From positions 992,001 through 1,056,000 of the forward strand of contig CBDBBI010000010.1 of the NCBI GenBank assembly GCA_965202625.1: DNA of 64,000 nucleotides. Reading direction: 5' to 3'. The notes beneath the pieces were generated by a model that worked only from the letters and a program-made list of their open reading frames with translations, was not told where the DNA came from and made no database searches. The DNA is from a bacterium. GTDB taxonomy: Bacteria; UBA8248. The position numbers were made by a program, and so were the translations under genes. The first letter of the stretch is position 1, and each line of letters begins with the position of its first letter. Below, in pieces: positions 61,289 through 64,000 of the stretch.

Positions 61289-61957
61289 ATGCTATCAAAA
61301 ACATTCGCATCAGGAGTTCTTGTTACGATATTGCTCGTCTCAGGTTGCGCTGCTCGCCCAAAACCATCGGATTTCACCAAATTCCGCAACGAAAATCCCA
61401 GATCGATTCTGGTCGTGCCTGCCATCAACAAGGCCGTTGAAGTCAACGCTCCAGATTATTTTCTTTCAACTATCTCGAAGCCTGTCGCTGAAAGAGGATT
61501 TTACGTATTTCCCGTGAACGTAGTGAAACGTGTAATGGAAGACGATGGTCTCGCTGATGCGAATTTGGTTCACAATGCCGACCCGAAACGCTTGGGAGAG
61601 ATATTTGACGCCGATGCCATTCTTTACGTCTCGATAGATAGATGGGACGCGCAATATATTGTGTTCTCCACCCAGGTGACGGTGGAATTCACTTATGTTC
61701 TCAAGAGCGGTCGCACCGGCGAAGAGCTGTGGCGACGAACGGCAAAAATGGTGTATTCGCCTCAAAGCAGCACGAATACGGGCAACCCTCTTGCCACTCT
61801 CATCATAATGGCGGCCCAGGCAGCTATTACGAAAGCGGCGCCGAACTATATCCCCTTGACCCAACAAGCCAACTTTTTAGCAGTCATTGAACCCGGACAA
61901 GGATTGCCCGCAGGCCCTTATCGAAAAGATTATCTGAAAGATCAGGACAAATTCTGA
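61289..61957 (+). CDS. DUF799 (GNA1162-like) lipoprotein
   Basis: Lipobox LVSGC, PRSILVVPAIN, AERGFYVFPV, LGEIFDADAILY, GLPAGPY. Confidence 0.88.
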   Translation: MLSKTFASGVLVTILLVSGCAARPKPSDFTKFRNENPRSILVVPAINKAVEVNAPDYFLSTISKPVAERGFYVFPVNVVKRVMEDDGLADANLVHNADPKRLGEIFDADAILYVSIDRWDAQYIVFSTQVTVEFTYVLKSGRTGEELWRRTAKMVYSPQSSTNTGNPLATLIIMAAQAAITKAAPNYIPLTQQANFLAVIEPGQGLPAGPYRKDYLKDQDKF

Positions 61958-62156
61958 AGAACCATAGTCGAAGTCGCTCTCTACTGAGCCGGATAGCCCG
62001 GCCCGGAGAGCGTCTCAGCGATCCTCCCCGTCGGCGATGCACGACGTCGTTCCCCGCAAAATTTTGACCGAGTGCGTCTGAACGGATGGGCGGCGAACAA
62101 CAAGCTGAGGGCGGGACGTGCGCGAACCGGTAATAGGTTTTAGGTTTGTCCGAAGC

Positions 62157-62252
62157 CGCAACGCGCGGGCGATGAACACCCTCCGCCAGATGCAGTCTCT
62201 TGCTCGTGGATTTCAAGGCAAACGACTGACCTGGCAAGACCTCACGAAGTGA
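62157..62252 (+). mobile_element. C-terminal remnant of an IS1595-family (ISXO2-like) transposase
   Basis: Translates RNARAMNTLRQMQSLARGFQGKRLTWQDLTK*, matching the family's recalled GKRLTY/WxDL tail; no DDE core upstream. Confidence 0.65.
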
Positions 62253-62355
62253 ATCATCCCCATATCTGGGACGCTTGACTCCAAAAATCTACCTCATATC
62301 GAGTGAAAAAAGTCGAGAGTTCCGCTGGAGGACCGGAGCTATCGTTGGAAAGGGC

Positions 62356-63105
62356 TCATGCAGACCGCCTCGTCTGCTCTGCTGAAATATCCATAATACC
62401 CTGAGATTTCAATACCTCATCTCTGAGGACTACGCCTACAACGTCCAAGACCTGCTTTAACGCAATGCCATTATTATAGGCGGACATTTGCATTGCTTCC
62501 CGTGGTATTTTTTCCGTTAAATCATCAAGGAGATTTTCTTGGGCATACGCAAAGCACATCTCCTGTATTTCGTAGGCATTCTTGTCTTTACCGCTTATTT
62601 GTTCCTTTAATGCTTCTGCATATCCCGAAATCCATTCGTTGATTTGTATTTCTTCAGCAACCCTTTCCCCCAGTTCGCTGAGCCTGCGCGGGCTATCGGA
62701 TTCCGTTGTTTCGGGAGGGGGCAATCGCGAAAAAATAGATTTTATGTCTGCTCGTATTTCCTTTACCTCATTTTTGATTTCGCTTCGTATTGCATTTGTT
62801 TCATTTTTGATTTCCGCTCGTATTGCATTTGTTTCATTTCTGATTTCGCTTCGTATTGCATTTGTTTCATTTCTGATTTCATCTCGTATTTCTTTTGTTT
62901 CATTGCTGATTTCATCTCGTATTTCTTTTATCTGATCTCGAATTTCTCCCATAAATGTCGATATGCTCTCTCCCTTTTCGTTTACTTTTGCAATCCATGT
63001 TGCAGCGCGTATTGCAGCCCATATTGCAAGAGCAAAGAGGACGACAATAATGAGTAATATATTTCCTTTGAAGGCTTCAAGGAGAAATACGTTGATGGAG
63101 CTCAT
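62356..63105 (-). CDS. AT-rich membrane-anchored coiled-coil protein with 11-aa repeats
   Basis: N-terminal TM helix, about 6 EIR(N/D)ETxxIRx hendecad repeats, globular C-terminus. Confidence 0.75.
   Translation of the reverse strand: MSSINVFLLEAFKGNILLIIVVLFALAIWAAIRAATWIAKVNEKGESISTFMGEIRDQIKEIRDEISNETKEIRDEIRNETNAIRSEIRNETNAIRAEIKNETNAIRSEIKNEVKEIRADIKSIFSRLPPPETTESDSPRRLSELGERVAEEIQINEWISGYAEALKEQISGKDKNAYEIQEMCFAYAQENLLDDLTEKIPREAMQMSAYNNGIALKQVLDVVGVVLRDEVLKSQGIMDISAEQTRRSA
62752..62946. repeat. 33-bp tandem repeat (about 6 degenerate copies) within the CDS
   Basis: Unit approximately TCGTATTGCATTTGTTTCATTT(T/C)TGATTTC(GCT/CGC). Confidence 0.85.
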
Positions 63106-63272
63106 AGCAAGACCTCACAAAATGAAAGGCATCCTTTGCTATTTGCTAACCTGTTGTTTTGGATTTCTTGTCCGCCGCCCGTAAAAATGGATTTAGCGAT
63201 TTCCTGCGCGGTTGCGGGCAGGGGTTTGATGACGTTCTTCAAAGTCCGGCCCGGCGACTTTGAAGTGTTCAT
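63102..63272 (-). CDS. Small hypothetical protein, possibly IS1595-associated and possibly frameshifted
   Basis: GGGGG RBS-like site; MNTSKSPGRTLKNVIKPLPATAQEIAKSIF; ATGA overlap with 62356-63105. Confidence 0.4.
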   Translation of the reverse strand: MNTSKSPGRTLKNVIKPLPATAQEIAKSIFTGGGQEIQNNRLANSKGCLSFCEVLL

Positions 63273-63369
63273 AGGCGCCCCCCTATGGCGACATATCATG
63301 TTCAGGTGAAAAATCCACCTGAGCAAATTTACCATATCACACCTTAAAAGAAACCTAATTTCATTATCC

Positions 63370-63399
63370 TTGACAAGTCAAAAACCGTTCTACTATACT
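63370..63399 (+). promoter_or_regulatory. Putative sigma70 promoter
   Basis: TTGACA-N18-TATACT. Confidence 0.6.
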
Positions 63400-63578
63400 C
63401 TCGCCTATCGTCAAGCAACTTGCAGAGCGGCCTTGGCTACCGTGTCGCCTGCCAAACGCAAAACCGCTCCGCGTGGGCGGAAACAGGCAGGAACCCACCA
63501 CTGGGCTGTGCGTTGTTTGGCGACGGACCCGGCTTTGTCATTAGGCATGTTTCTTTTTTTCAGGGAGGAGGTCTCAAC

Positions 63579-64000
63579 ATGAAGAGATGGGGATTTCTGT
63601 GCGCAGCGGCTGCTCTCATTTTGGTCTTGTCGGCTCCCCTCATGGCAAGAGCACAAGAGGGGGGAAGTCAACAAGAGGGGGCGGGGAAATGGTATTGGAA
63701 ATTCAACGTGGGGATATTGTCGCCAAGAGATTTGGAGAGCACCGCACCACCCTCACCTACCCTCAACGCGGACATTGATACCGGGGTTTTCGTGAGCACC
63801 TCCGTTGGCCGTTCTTTCGGTCGCCTGAGGGGAGAGGTGGAGGTTTTGTATGGAGAAGTCGATTACACACTGGACGCAACTACAAGAGGCGTGAACGGAG
63901 ACGTCGTCGACATCACTCGCATCGGGGGGGAGTTCGCGGAGTTCGAAGCCAAAATTACGGGGCTGATGTTCAACGCATGGTTTGACCTGGGCGCGAGCGA
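63579..64000 (+). CDS. Outer-membrane beta-barrel protein (OmpA/opacity-like), 3' truncated by window edge
   Basis: GGGAGGAGG RBS; signal peptide MKRWGFLCAAAALILVLSAPLMARA; WYWKFNVG, RLRGEVEVLY, LMFNAWFDL; frame open to the window end and missed by the ORF track. Confidence 0.8.
   Translation, partial: MKRWGFLCAAAALILVLSAPLMARAQEGGSQQEGAGKWYWKFNVGILSPRDLESTAPPSPTLNADIDTGVFVSTSVGRSFGRLRGEVEVLYGEVDYTLDATTRGVNGDVVDITRIGGEFAEFEAKITGLMFNAWFDLGAS

Noticed and set aside
62752-62946. Possible CRISPR array
   Set aside because: Units are contiguous 33-bp coding repeats without unique spacers; no cas genes in the window
63440-63530. Cyclic di-GMP-I riboswitch (ACGCAAAACC resembles part of the motif)
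   Set aside because: The upstream GGCAAA/GNRA hairpin of that class is not evident; kept only as an unclassified structured leader

Overview
GC-rich, gene-dense bacterial chromosome segment with about 55 CDSs and one tRNA-Leu(TAA). Housekeeping genes include leuS, mgtE, hflX, queE, and M16 and M20 peptidases. Catabolic modules include glcDEF with cupins and a hydrolase, tandem MFS and SDR pairs, a split UxaA-type dehydratase, a tungsten-type AOR, a coxSLM-like Mo hydroxylase, and a maleate-isomerase/AtuA/DUF4387/HD cluster. A four-lipoprotein CsgG/DUF4810/DUF799 operon and an AT-rich IS1595 remnant with passenger genes lie near the right end. The best lead is a CoA-transferase-fold alpha subunit (25697-26524) interrupted by a single in-frame TGA. 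That TGA is followed by a bacterial SECIS-like hairpin and sits at an apparent active-site position, and the partner beta subunit lacks the canonical catalytic Glu, so this is a candidate selenoenzyme. Other leads are an acyl-CoA mutase with a rewritten substrate pocket, a probable ATC start for hflX, a structured leader upstream of an outer-membrane barrel gene, and several small pseudogenes suggesting ongoing decay. All family assignments come from motif recognition by eye; no database searches were run.
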